Assembly (NCBI GenBank): GCA_951406725.2
Contig: OX597834.1
Location: 8,246,001 to 8,310,000, forward strand
From: Octopus vulgaris
Lineage: Eukaryota
DNA length: 64,000 bases
Reading direction: 5' to 3'
The notes beneath the pieces were generated by a model. It made no database searches, had not been told where the DNA came from, and worked only from the letters and a program-made list of their open reading frames with translations. Within the stretch, counting starts at the first letter, position 1, and each line of letters begins with the position of its first letter. The position numbers and the translations under genes are program-made. This document shows, piece after piece, positions 11,825-25,222 of this stretch.

Positions 11825-12550
11825 TGTTCTTGACGTAGTTTGACAATCGAAGTGTGAAGACGTCGCTTATTTTTCTGATTTCTTGACACAGTTTACTCGA
11901 GCATCACGATATGAAATTATCTCTGGAGTACTTGCAAAGTAGAAATATAATTAGATACGGAAAGCCTGCTATTAACACCTCAGGCTAAACAACAGTAATA
12001 AAAACAAAAAATAAGTGTATTTAACAAACTTAGAAATTTTATTCTGACAATTCATACTGTGAGTTTCAAAATGGCCACCGTACATGCTTTCGTTAGATTG
12101 CAATACGCCTACATATACACATACATAAGTGCCCTCACATACATAAATATATTCACATACACACGCACATATAAACGTGTGAAAAAATACGTGTGTGTGT
12201 GTACAGCCAAACTGAATGCTTATAAAGAAGGCCAAGGGAACAGTTTAGCAACGAACAGAAAGTGTTTTCTAAATACCCAATCACACACTTTTGAATATTT
12301 TATTACTAGTAACAAGAGAGGTAGGAAATCTTACACGTTTTCAACGAAGGGAAATAAGGAACAAAATGAAGTAGAACATTATATCACGCAACTAAGGAAG
12401 TACCAGAACATGTAGACAGCAAAAATTTATAAATCTGAGCTGTTTTCCTCTGTTACAGAGGTGGCAAGAAAAAATTATACACCGCTGTATATTAAAGAAC
12501 ATAATCTGATTAACTCTTCCTTTTCATCAATTAGTACAGGTACATGTTAC

Positions 12551-12765
12551 TCTCTCTCTTTTACTCTTTTACTTGTTTCAGTCATTTGACTGCGGCCATG
12601 CTGGAGCACCACCTTTAATCGAGCAACTCGACCCCGGGACTTATTCTTTGTAAGCCCAGTACTTACTCTATTGGTCTCTTTTGCCGAACAGCTAAGTGAC
12701 GGGGGACATAAACACACCAGCATCGGTTGTCAAGCAATGCTAGGGGGACAAACTTAGACACACAA

Positions 12766-12801
<36 letters not shown>

Positions 12802-12990
12802 ATATATACGACAGGCTTCTTTCAGTTTCTGTCTACCAAATCCACTCACAAGGCATTGGTCGGCCCGGGGCTATAGCAGAAGACACTTGCCCAAGATGCC
12901 ACGCAGTGAGACTGAACCCGGAACCATGTGGCTGGTTAGCAAGCTACTTACCACTCCTGCGCCTATCACAGCCACTCCTGCGCCTATCAC
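12551..12990 (-). mobile_element. SINE family B, full length, with duplicated 5' tip
   Basis: Collinear with other B copies; CCACTCCTGCGCCTATCAC occurs twice at 12951-12990. Confidence 0.9.
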
Positions 12991-13019
12991 TCCAGGATAT
13001 ACTGGGAGAAATTCTCTCC

Positions 13020-13260
13020 ATTCTTTTACTCTTTTAATCTTTTATTTGTTTCAGTCATTTGACTGCGCCCATGCTGGAAAACCATCTTTAGTCGAGCAAA
13101 TTGAAACCCAGGACTTATTCTTTGTAAGCCTAGTACTTATTCTATGGGCCTCGTTTGCCAAACCGCTAGGGTTATGGGGACGTAAACACATCAGCATCTG
13201 TTGTCAAGCGATGTCGGGGTGACAAACACAGACACACAAGCACGCACACACACACATATA

Positions 13261-13351
<91 letters not shown>

Positions 13352-13840
13352 TTGTTGAAATAGAAAGATGAATCTTCTTGTTACAGATTATTCAAAAGTT
13401 TAACCGATACCTGGGTAGCAAAAATCACAGCAGAAAATACACGGTTGGAGATAAGACCATTTGGTGTTGCAACCGTGCGTTGGTGCGGATAATTGAAGTT
13501 TAATATTATTATTGAATTGTAGAAATGGAGTTGAACGAAGATTGTACGGAATTCCTTTTATTACATTCTACACATGTTTCAAAGGCATGTGTAGAATGTA
13601 ATAAAAGGAATTCTGTACAATCTTCGTTCAACTCCATTTCTACAATTCAATAATAATATTATATATATATATACATATATACTACGGGCTTCTTTCAGTT
13701 TCCGTCTATCAAATCCACTCACAAGGCTTTGGCCGGCCCGAGATTATAGTAGAAGACACCTGCCCAAGGTGCGACCCAATGGCATTGAACACGGAACCAT
13801 GTGGTTGGTAAGCAAGCTTCTTACCACACAGCCACTCTTG
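13020..13840 (-). mobile_element. SINE family B split by a ~310-bp hairpin-ended insertion (13352-13661) in its CA/TA tract
   Basis: 3' half at 13020-13245 and 5' half at 13682-13840. Confidence 0.8.
13501..13661. repeat. near-perfect hairpin, 76-bp arms, 9-nt loop (probable Penelope-like fold-back end)
   Basis: 13501-13576 is the reverse complement of 13586-13661 with one mismatch; the apex reads GAAACATGTG on the minus strand. Confidence 0.85.
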
Positions 13841-14004
13841 CAAAAAGAAAAAAGCATTGCATGGTATCCTCCGTTTTAAATTTTGATTTAAGCTGCAATG
13901 CAGCAATGCTGTTGTCGATTTGCAACCTTAGTCACTTCAGTGACGATTTTATTTGTGCATTTGGTTTTTGAATTGTTGTTGTTGTTGTTGTTGTTGTGTT
14001 TCTT

Positions 14005-14320
14005 GTGGTTCTTCACATAGTGTTCGATCTTGTCACTCCGGTAGCTTCTGTGAAAGTAGACAGCACCCTGCTGTCAGAGGTCTTACGGAGATTTTTCCCG
14101 GACAGTATAAGATTCGGTACTTCGCTGTAAATTACCAAGGAAGACATTCAACATTCAAGTGTGAATCACAAAACCCAGTAGCGCAGTTTCTTGGGCTAGT
14201 CCTGCTCTCATGCTAATTCCCTATTTTTTGCCATATTTCTCGAACCTGTCTGCTAGTGCTCTTAGGAATGACAGACACTCACTTCATAGTCCACATTCTT
14301 GCAATATCGTCTTTCAGTAG
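14005..14320 (-). mobile_element. old R4/Dong-type LINE 3' end, homologous to 7340-7680
   Basis: Shared blocks GACAGCACCC/GACAGCATCC, GGTACTT...GACATTCAACA, GACACTCAC...CATAGTCCA.ATTCTTGCAAT.TCGTCTTT.AGTA. Confidence 0.65.
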
Positions 14321-15198
14321 ATTGTTATGGTAATTGTAAAATCAATGTATGTGACTGTTCGACGATTCACATCAACTATGTTGATTGAACGCTTTTCTCC
14401 CACACGTAGAACTAAATCTTAGATTTGTTATCCTCACATCACTTTCACTCATTTTTCCATGCCTATACCAAAATTAAGCCACATTTTAAAATTCGTTGTT
14501 CGATTAAAAACCCTGGAAGTGGGTATCCCACCATAGCCGCAGTCACATAACCGTAAGAAGATAAAACAATAAACGATATATTACTCAGCACTACTTTGGT
14601 GCGTAGTCTGAAACTTAGCTAATGAGATCAATAACATCGAAACATACCTTGATTCACATTCTCTTCTATACAAGATTATAAGTGATACCAATAACTCATT
14701 ATCGATATTCTTTTCCATTACATACTTACTTTCCTTTTTTCTAATTCAAGAATCATTAATATATTAATACTTCTTACATAAATCATTACAACAATTCTAA
14801 TGCAAATAATCCGTTAAGTGTTCCATGATTTTTCAGTGGTGTTTCTTAGTAATGAAACAAATGAGATTGACATATATTTTCAGTTGAAATTACTGTCTTT
14901 TACAGGTAGTATTGGTTTGTAATTTAGTCACAAGACCAGTAATCAGACGCATATGTCTATAGCCGATAACATGGATGTCAATAATTGGGTGAGATCGTGA
15001 TGCCTTTTGGTTTTCAGTTTGATGAATGCCTAAACCGATGTGAACGGGATTTGAGGTGACCTCTCAGAGAGAAGCAAATAATACCGCATATATTTCTTCG
15101 AGACTAAAAGAAAATACACTTAATTGAATATACAGCAAAAAATTCAGCGAGCTATGCAAAGAGGAATAGGAGGTCATTTTGGTATTTGAGACAATTTT

Positions 15199-15433
15199 GG
15201 AAGGCGGCGAGCTGGCAGAAACGTTAGCACGCCGGGCGAAATGCTTAGCCGTATTTCGTCTGTCGTTACGTTCTGAGTTCAAATTCTGCCGAGGTGGACT
15301 TTGCCTTTCATCCTTTCGGGGTCTATAAATTAAGTACCAGTTACGCACTGGGGTCGATCTAATCGACTTAATACCTATGTCTGTCCTTGTTTGTCCCGTC
15401 TGTGTTTAGCCCCTTGTGGGTAATAAAGAAATA
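15199..15433 (+). mobile_element. SINE family C, full length with 18-bp TSD
   Basis: GGTATTTGAGACAATTTT at 15181-15198 and 15434-15451. Confidence 0.92.
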
Positions 15434-15779
15434 GGTATTTGAGACAATTTTACAGTTAAATACAGAAATAGATGGGCAACGGAGGAAAGACACAAATAAT
15501 AATGTGTCGAAGCTGACACCATATTGGAAGCCGTATATATTTCATATCCAACAAAAATATTCAACAGGAAGTGCAACTTTGTAATGCAGTACCGGATAAT
15601 ATATTTGGCCGCAGAATATACGACAGCAAAATATTTGATGACTGGACTTTTGGACGGAATCTGGCATGAAATCAAAAAATAAAGCGACAGCAACAATAGC
15701 TGAAACTAATAATACTACTTCAAATACTACTACTATTGCAACAGCTGTTGCTGCTACTATTGCTGTTGCTGCTGTGTCT

Positions 15780-16120
15780 TCTGATATAGCCTGTCGTCCA
15801 AACCACATTCAGTAAATTTGGTATACGGAATTGAAAGAATCCCGCCGTATATATACGTGTGTGTGTGAGTGTGAGTGTGTGTATGAGAGTGTGTGTGTGT
15901 GTGTGTGTTTGTGTTTTCGTATGTGTTTGTCCCCACCATTGTTTAACAACCGGTATTGGTGTGTTTATATTCCAGTAACTTAGATTGATAGAATAAGTAC
16001 TAGCTTTAAAATATAATAGAAGAATGCACTGGAATTGATTCATTCGGCTGAAACTCTTCGAAGCGGTGCCCCAGCATGGCCGCAATGGGATAACTGAAGA
16101 AGAACAAGAGATAAAAGAGA
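15780..16120 (+). mobile_element. degenerate SINE family B
   Basis: Retains TTTGGTATACGGAA, TG tract, GATAGAATAAGTACTAG and CAGCATGGCCGCA blocks. Confidence 0.7.
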
Positions 16121-16402
16121 GTATGAATTAATGAAATGTACAAAACAGCGCGAATTTAGTGCAATCATCAGAGAACAAGGTTGTTACATGTATAGTATAA
16201 ACGTACTAAAAGGACACTATATACATCATTGTAGAGCAGTCTATTTTAAGAAAAATTTCACATTATAGAGTTTTTATAGATGTAATTTTTCTGACCAAAA
16301 ATATGATAATTGAAGAACAAAGAAGAACCAAGAGAAAGAAACGAACGAGTATAACATGATGCATTCTTCATCCGACTGAAGAGAGCAGTCACAATTTCCA
16401 CA

Positions 16403-16822
16403 TACCCCAAATCTGTATCTTTACTACCCACAAGGGGCTTAATACAGAGGGGACAAACAAGGCCAGACAAACGGATTAAGTCGATTATATCGACCCCAGT
16501 GCGTAACTGGTACTTAATTTAATCGACCCCGAAAAGATGAAAGGCTAAGTCGACGTCGGCGGAATGTGAACTCAGAACGTAACGGCAGACGAAATACCTA
16601 TTTCTTTATTACCCACAAGGGGCTAAACACAGAGGGGACAAACAAGGACAGACATAGGTATTAAGTCGATTACATCGACCCCAGTGCGTAACTGGTACTT
16701 ATTTAATCGACCCCGAAAGGATGAAAGTCAAAGTCGACCTCGGCGGAATTTGAACTCAGAATGTAACGGCAGACGAAATACCGCTAAGCATTTCGCCCGG
16801 CGTGCTAACGTTTCTGCCAGCT
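16403..16822 (-). mobile_element. SINE family C head-to-tail partial dimer
   Basis: ~190-bp body present twice; junction GACGAAATACCTATTTC at about 16588-16604. Confidence 0.88.
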
Positions 16823-17109
16823 CCAGTGTTCCAACAAGATGTACATCATGTATATATGTACATATTTAATATTGTATGCATATATTTTATTAATTTACCT
16901 GTACAGATGATAATTCGCTTGCCACTCGTGATGGTATCATAATAATACCATCCCGATATTCATTTATAAATAATTTTACATATTTCGTTTGTTCCTATAG
17001 TACTTGGTCACTACAAACAAATTTGTTCAGGCATGGTGGGGAAGAAATTTGGTCGACTACTTATTTTTTAAAATAAAACACCATGATGGACATCTGCAAT
17101 TTACAATAT

Positions 17110-17265
17110 ATTTTTCGTTCTCTCTGGTTTATTTTCTCTTATTCCATTGTGATGAAGAGCGTAGGCTCGAACTATAAAATACTTTTACATTTTTCCCGAG
17201 CGTCAAACAAATACACTTGTTTGTTGTTCATATACCTGTCCCTTTCTTTGGTTTTTCTGAGAATT
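17110..17265 (+). mobile_element. degenerate copy of a hammerhead-like repeat (homologue of 60675-60877)
   Basis: GTGATGA-A-GAGC-GTAG-GCTC-GAAC at 17149-17172; the flanks align with the reverse complement of 60690-60845. Confidence 0.6.
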
Positions 17266-17858
17266 TCGAGCATATATATACATATACAGAGAGAGAGGAA
17301 GAGCGAGAGAAAGAGATACATGCATATATACACAAAGGCACGTCTCTATAAATATGTGTGTTTCTGTGTGCATGCCTCTGTCTCTCACTCTCTCTCTCAT
17401 ACCCCGCTCTCTCTCTCTCTCAGTTGTGAGTGTATTTGTTGCTGACCACCACATGACAACCAGTGTCAGTTTTTTTTCCACAACCAAACAGTGCGGCAAA
17501 AAGAGACTGATAAAATAAATAGTCTACTCGATCTTTCCGACCAAGAAATCTTCTTTAATGCGACGCCCCGGCAACACGCCACCATGAAGATTTCTCTTGC
17601 GTTTTATTTAAATGACTAAAACATCTAAATATAAAAGATGGCAAGCGATATATTAATATATCACGTGTGTACGTATTTTTATATAAATATTATTTAGATA
17701 TATATAAAGCGTATGCATCCACACAACTTCATAATTCTATGAAAATACACCATTATATACGTTACAGTGCGCATTCATATACATAAATTTAACAACGTCC
17801 CGCTCTCTGTGTCTCTATTTATACATCTACGTTCCATGGATGTAGCTGTCTGTCTGTA

Positions 17859-17942
<84 letters not shown>

Positions 17943-17943
17943 C

Positions 17944-17978
<35 letters not shown>

Positions 17979-18153
17979 ATATATATATAATATATATCTT
18001 TCTATCTATCTATCAATATATATATTTATCTATCTATCTATCATTTTCTTTCTTTATCTCTGTTTATACATATGCATATATATACATACCTATATATTCA
18101 TACATTTATACATACGTACATAGACATACATATGTATATATATAATTATGTAC

Positions 18154-18211
<58 letters not shown>

Positions 18212-18276
18212 TCTGTGTTTATACATATGCATTTACACACTTACGTATATATTCATGCATATATGCATACGTACCT

Positions 18277-18380
<104 letters not shown>

Positions 18381-19844
18381 CATTCAAACACATATCTTTA
18401 TATGAGTGAGCGTGTGTGTGTGTCTAAATCAATACAAATTAATAAAATACACACACCTAGCGACATAGTAAGCATAGTGGAAAAACGCACCACGTAAGTA
18501 TTTCCTGTTATTTTATGTATTACACATGTATTCCTCCTTCATAATAACTCTTCTGCTTGAAGCCTGCCTGCAGCTGCGCTCGTGATCAATAAATAATCTT
18601 GAAATTATTTTGTTTCTTTCCTTTCCGAATACTAAACATAAGTAGCGTGGTTGCAAACCAGAAGAGCGATCCATTTTCTATTTATGAAAAGGTATCTCCG
18701 TTCAGTGTAGATTAAAATTGCAAAATAGAACACCAAGTTTATTTCACATTTACACTATAAGTAGAAAATTGTTTCTCTTTTTCTGCTTATTACATATAGT
18801 TTTGGCTTGTTTTTATTTTTATTTTTTAAATCCATCTTGCTTTATGCATATGTATGTTTTTAGAATCTGCCTACCGCAAAAATGTACAGACTCACGCACA
18901 ACAATCACAGAAATTCGCGTGACTAGACGCACATACCAACACAGACGCATAGACACACACTCCATAAAATAAATCCATGCTTAAATAGTACCAAACAAAA
19001 TCTTCAATGGTGTTTCATAATTTCCTGTTTCTACAGCTAAAATTCAAACAACATCTCTCATGCAACTGCTTAAAGAATATACAAAAAATAATAAATTAAT
19101 TTGCATAAAATAAATGCTTTTATTACGTTATAAATGTGTGTGTGTGTCTACGTCGGTGCACGCGTATATAAATGTGCGTATATGTGTCTGCTTTCAGGTC
19201 ATTTTCTTTTCATATGGTTGTTATATAATGCTTTTCTGACAAAGAGTAACAAGACAGAGATCTCTCCTAAATGATTCCTTTATATCACTGTCTCACCAAT
19301 AATGTTGTGCTCACATCTGAAATTTAGCAATCTTTGAATTCGTGTTCTTTTATTGAAGGAAATTTAAAAGTCATTTCGTGAAAAGAAAATGCCTACAATT
19401 TGACATAAAGATGTTAATACCATCTATTTCTTTAATATCTATTTTTGAATAATAGTAATCTATTTCTTTCGGGAAAATTTTATTCATAGCAAAACGAATT
19501 CTTATAAATTCAGTATGAGGTGAATTATAATGACAACTCAAATTCATAATAATTAACTACTGTATGTCTCTGATCAATACTGAAAATTCAGAATTCGTGG
19601 AGAGTAATGTGGCAAAATGTTTAATTGCTTTTCTATACATTTTGCGTATGTATATTAACTATTTTCAACCCACACTCTCCTCAAATGTCTGTATATAGCG
19701 CGCACGATATTATTCATCATTTGTATATCTCAACTGATGTCCTTCTGTGATTGTTTGTATCATAATGCTTCGCTTTAATTGTTAAACATATGTACACACA
19801 ATGAAACAAAATTACACAGTTTAAATAAAAAGCCATTAGTATTA

Positions 19845-20100
19845 GAAAACCTTGTGAGTGGATTTGTTTGACGGAAACTGAAAGAAGACTGTCGTATATA
19901 TATATACCCTCCTTTATATCGCTTGCCAACCAATGCTGGTATATTTACATATTTACTTAGTGGTTCAGCAAAAGAGACCAATAGAATAAGTACTAGGCTT
20001 ACAAAGAATAAGTCCTGGGGGTCGATTTCCTCGACTAAAGGCGGTGCTCCAGCATGGCCACAGTCAAATGACTGAAACAAATAAATGAATAAAAGAGTAA
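19845..20100 (+). mobile_element. 5'-truncated SINE family B
   Basis: Runs from CTTGTGAGTGGATTTG to the ACTGAAACAAATAAATGAATAAAAGAG tail. Confidence 0.85.
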
Positions 20101-20264
20101 CTTAACGATTACATTTTTTAAAACGTAAGGTATTAAGTTTCTGTTCTTTATGCTCATGTCAACAACTCTTATTGTTTAGACACTTGGATTACGAAACTCA
20201 AATTAATTTTTCCTTATGTATTTCAGACGTGAGATTTGCCTGCTGAGGCTTGTTGTTAGTCCGA

Positions 20265-20477
20265 CTCTCTTTACTCTTTTACTTGTTTCAGTCATTTGAC
20301 TGCGGCCATGCTGGAGCACCGCCTTTAGTCGAGCAAATCGACCCCGGGACATATTCTTTGTATGCCTAGTACTTATTCTATCGGTCTCTTTTGCCGAACC
20401 GCTAAGTTACGTGGGACGTAAACACACCAGCATCGGTTGTCAAGCAATGCTAGGGGGACAAACACAGACACATAAAC

Positions 20478-20508
<31 letters not shown>

Positions 20509-20734
20509 CATATATACGACAGACTTCTTTCAGTTTCCGTCTACCAAATCCACTCACAAGGCATTGGTCGGCCCGAGGCTGTACTAGAAGACACTTGCCC
20601 AAGATGCCACGCAGTGGGACCGAACCCGGAACCATGTGATTGGTTAGCAAGCTACTTACCACACAGCCACTCCTGCGCCTATGGCCACTCCTGCGCCTAT
20701 GGTCACTCCTGCGCCTATGGCCACTCCTGTGCCT
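20265..20734 (-). mobile_element. SINE family B, full length, with 4x tandem 18-bp 5' tip
   Basis: GCCACTCCTGCGCCTATG repeated at 20666-20734. Confidence 0.9.
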
Positions 20735-21524
20735 TAAATATTTCTGAATCGTAACTTTGATGCACAGTTAGATCTCTTGGAAGTCCAAGTTTACATTCAC
20801 CAATTAAATATGCATCGCATTTCTCATAAACAGGGAAAATGTACTATAGTCAAGAAATCCTATTTTGCTACCTGTATATACTCACCTCGTACCAAACTCA
20901 ACAGAATTCTTTCTGGAATGGGGAATATTTTGCTAAAAGAAACAGATAATTAAAATTGAAAAATAGATGGAAAAAAAGATGGAATTACCAGTTTTATGTC
21001 TAAGACTAGGCATTTCTTTTCACAAGATGACTTTTAAATTCCCTTAAAAAAAAAAAAAAAAAAGAAAACGGATTCCGAGATTGATAACTTTCAGATATGA
21101 ACACAGCTTTATTGGTGAGGCAATGGTGAACAGGATTTATTGGGGAAACATTTCTTTAGACATTGTATCTTGAAACTTCCATACCATATACAGGCACAAA
21201 TGCAAATAATTCGAGCAGAGATGTGCAGAACGAAGCGCATATATAATGTCAACGAATGCACATATACATAGATACATACATGCAATACACACACGCTCAC
21301 ACACAAACACACACATGTCACACACGCATACACACATGGTTTTGTGTGTGTGCCTGCGTATGTGTGTGAGGTATTGTCTGTAAGTATATGCAAAGTATTT
21401 ATATTTGGTCTCTATATTCAAAAGCTTTTCCACATATACAGACATCCATGGATGTATCCATCTGTATACATGCATACTTGCCTATACATCCATACACACC
21501 CACACCCACACACATATAAATATA

Positions 21525-21556
<32 letters not shown>

Positions 21557-21660
21557 CAATAATGCATACTCCTTTACATATAATTATATATACATATCTA
21601 CATATCTTTATATGACTGTATGTATGCAAGTACATATATATATATATGTATATATATAGG

Positions 21661-21721
<61 letters not shown>

Positions 21722-21807
21722 CATTACATAAATATGTATAGAGACAGAATATATATAGATTTATTTGTTATAATGCATTTATATTTATCAGCGTGTATCT
21801 GTATGCT

Positions 21808-21839
<32 letters not shown>

Positions 21840-22039
21840 AGTGTATGTATGTGTGAGTGTGTGTAAGTGTATGTGAGTGCATGGGGTGAGACAGAGAGTA
21901 TACGTACGTGCGTTTCCATTATTGCATTTAATGCTACGCCAAAGTCTTTACGTGGTACAGGGAAAGAAATTGGAAAAAAAACGTAGGAAAAAATATGCAT
22001 TTGTTTAAGATGACTGAGTTGAATATGATGAGGCTGCTG

Positions 22040-22470
22040 CTGATGATGGTGGTGGTTCTGGTGCTGAGGGAGGTGGCGGTGGTGGCGATGGTGGTGGTTG
22101 TGGTGGTGGTGGTGGTGGTGGTGATGGTGGTGATGGTGATGGTGGTGGTGGTGGTGGTGGTGGTGGTGGTGGTGGTGGTGGTGGTGATGGTGGTGGTGCT
22201 GGTGGTGGTTGTGGTGGTGGTGGTGGCGGTGTAGAGGAATAAGATCAATATGGTGGTGGATGAAGGCATCGATGATATCGGTGACGGCGTTTATCATGGT
22301 AGAGAAATATAATGTTTTATATGGATGTGATGACGACGAATACGTTGGTGATGATGATGATGATGCTTATGATGATGATGCCGACGACGATGGCGGCGAC
22401 CACGATAATGATGGAGATGATGATGATGATGATAGTGATGTTGAAAGCATTGATGATGATAATAATGTAT
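22040..22470. repeat. (GGT)n and (GAT)n microsatellites
   Basis: Directly visible. Confidence 0.9.
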
Positions 22471-22775
22471 AAAAAACAACTTACATGATATATCAAGACT
22501 GCGATATTACTTGAAAAATACACATGCAATATCGAATACATTGAATTAGTTTTAATAATAAATTTAATTTGATTTATATAAAAGAAAAAAATATATTCCG
22601 TTCTGCACCTCTTTCTTCCAATCTCTCACCCTCTTTACGTATGTTTCTCTCAATTTCCACTCGTAATCGCAAACACACACCATATGCGCATAGACACAGA
22701 TTTAAACAGACACGCGCACACATATATACGCCTAGTTATATGCATGTGTGCATACACTCGAACACACACGATATA

Positions 22776-22818
<43 letters not shown>

Positions 22819-22854
22819 GCGTGCGTGTGTGTACGTGTAATTTGTATGTATATA

Positions 22855-22885
<31 letters not shown>

Positions 22886-22955
22886 GCATGTGTATATATA
22901 CATATGTATATATATATACATGTATAAATATATATATATATGTAGATATTTGCAT

Positions 22956-22989
<34 letters not shown>

Positions 22990-23139
22990 ATATTTTATAT
23001 ATATGTATATATATATATATTTATATATATATATATTTATATATATGTATATGTATACATATATATATGTATATATATATATATATGTATATATATATGT
23101 ATATGTATACATATATATATGTATATTTATATATATATG

Positions 23140-23212
<73 letters not shown>

Positions 23213-23714
23213 TTGTAGTAGTTTTATCTTCTGTTTGATACCATGATATATTTTTTAATATTTAAAATAAAATTTAACCTGGAGACTTGAATACACATCT
23301 AATATCCTGAATGTAATAAAATGATACTGAACGCCATTTCCCTCATAATTTTTTTTCGTTCGCTTTTATTGTTTGCTCCTAAAATTTTATATGCATGAAT
23401 ATATGTTCGAGTCAGGAGTATTTTTGCTCCAAAGCTTTTAGTTTCATGTAATATGTTTCGTTTTATATTTGTTTTTTTTTTATTAGTTTAATCGAATGTG
23501 CGTCGGAGAGAATGTCTTCCTTTGCGCTTCGTAAATATATCGTAAACTTTACGTTAAGTGTTCAAGTACTACTGATGATGACTTGGTGTTCTTTGATGTG
23601 CCTCGAACGTCTTGCACAGGTGTTCGTGTGTACGTGCCCATTATATATTCAATTAGATTTCGTTCATAATAATTTGCATTAAGCTTGTGACATTTTACCT
23701 GATTTAAATCCATT

Positions 23715-23922
23715 AATATCGGTTCCAAATTTTGGTGGGAAGTAAGGGATGCTTAAGTCGATTACATCGACCCACTGTTCATCTGCTACATAGTTTATCG
23801 ACTCCAAAATGATGAACAAAGAAGTCTATATGACCCAAATTTAAACCTAGAACGTGAAGACGGACGAAATATTGCTACGCATTTTGTTCGGCATGTTAAT
23901 GATTCTGTGTGATCACCGCCTT
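23715..23922 (-). mobile_element. degenerate SINE family C
   Basis: AAGTCGATTACATCGACCC...TTTATCGACTCC...GACGGACGAAAT...CCGCCTT. Other worn C copies lie at about 24370-24548(-), 27755-27925(-), 32655-32865(+), 43730-43935(+) and 44507-44575(+). Confidence 0.7.
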
Positions 23923-24003
23923 CAAAAATCCCTTATTATAATTAGCATTTGTCTAACTCTCGATGCCAAAGTTATTTTCAAATTTTGGTAGAATTTTGAA
24001 TCA

Positions 24004-24311
24004 ACAATGTGAGTTATATTTGCCATCTCAATATGGCTAACCACTAAGAGTGGGTGTTAATGTAGCTTGTAGCCCCAGGAGACCATCGCCTCCAGCTGGC
24101 TACAGGCACACTTTCTCTGCCCTATCGGTATTGGCAAAGGGATGTCATCCTTCCCATATAAAATTTTAGGAGCAAACAATAAAATACCGATAGGGCACAG
24201 AAAGCGTGCCTGTTGCCAGCTGGGGGTGATGTTCTCCTGGGGCTACAAGCTACAGTAACACCCACCATTAGTGGTTAGCAATGTTGAGATGGCAAATATA
24301 CCTCACATTGT
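24004..24311. mobile_element. fold-back MITE-like element (~128-bp imperfect arms, ~50-nt spacer)
   Basis: ACAATGTGAG.TATATTTGCCATCTCAA...CCCTATCGGTATT is the reverse complement of AATACCGATAGGG...TTGAGATGGCAAATATA.CTCACATTGT; no coding capacity. Confidence 0.8.
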
Positions 24312-25170
24312 CGTGCAGTTACTGTTTATACCTCGTTCAGAGATTTATTATTGTTTGAATCAACAGTTTTGGAGGTAGTGGATGATCGATTACAGCAACC
24401 CCACAACTCAACAACTAAGTATTTTATAAACCCCGAAAGGATAAAAAGCAAACTCAGCATCGGTGGCTTTTTAACTCAGAACGTAAAGACGGACGAAACG
24501 CTGCTGAGCCTCATGACCGGCGAATTAATGATTCTGGCTGCTCGCCGCATTTTTGAAACCATTACTGTTAAAGAAAAACAGTAACGTACATTCGTAAAAG
24601 GCTTAACTTATTCCTATAACGCTGTGACCATTCACCTTGTCCTTTTCTTTTCTAAATCTTTGATATTGCACTGCTATATCCATCTAGCAGATCCTTCAAC
24701 ACGTATCTGTCCATTTCTGGTAACACCGCTACTGCATCCAACTATCGTTTTCAAATACTCTCACCGTCACTCCGACTATGCCGTCCCTCTTTTTCCGTCG
24801 TTCACTTTGAATCAATTCCGTACGTCTTTACTTCCATTAATATTTTCTTCCAGAGGTTAAATGACCTTCCACAGCCATTTGAATTATGCACGTTCTTAAA
24901 ATATTACTCTAATTTGTAACATACTGTTATTTTAATATATGAGATGAGATCGATCATTTTACCATTTAGAGGGAAAGGAGTTAATTATTTATGCTTCAAT
25001 CAGAATATCGGTATACAAAAATACAGGAGAATTATGGAGTAAAAGAAAAATGGCGGGATCGAACTTATTAAAGAGTGGCAAAGTATATATATATATAGTG
25101 ACAAAATATTACGCTTAATGTCTAAGGAAGTGTTCACCTAATACGCGTATACATATTATATATATAAGAA

Positions 25171-25222
<52 letters not shown>

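Noticed and set aside
24624-24880. Possible old LINE C-terminus (SHRHSDYAVPL...)
   Set aside because: Resemblance too weak to call.
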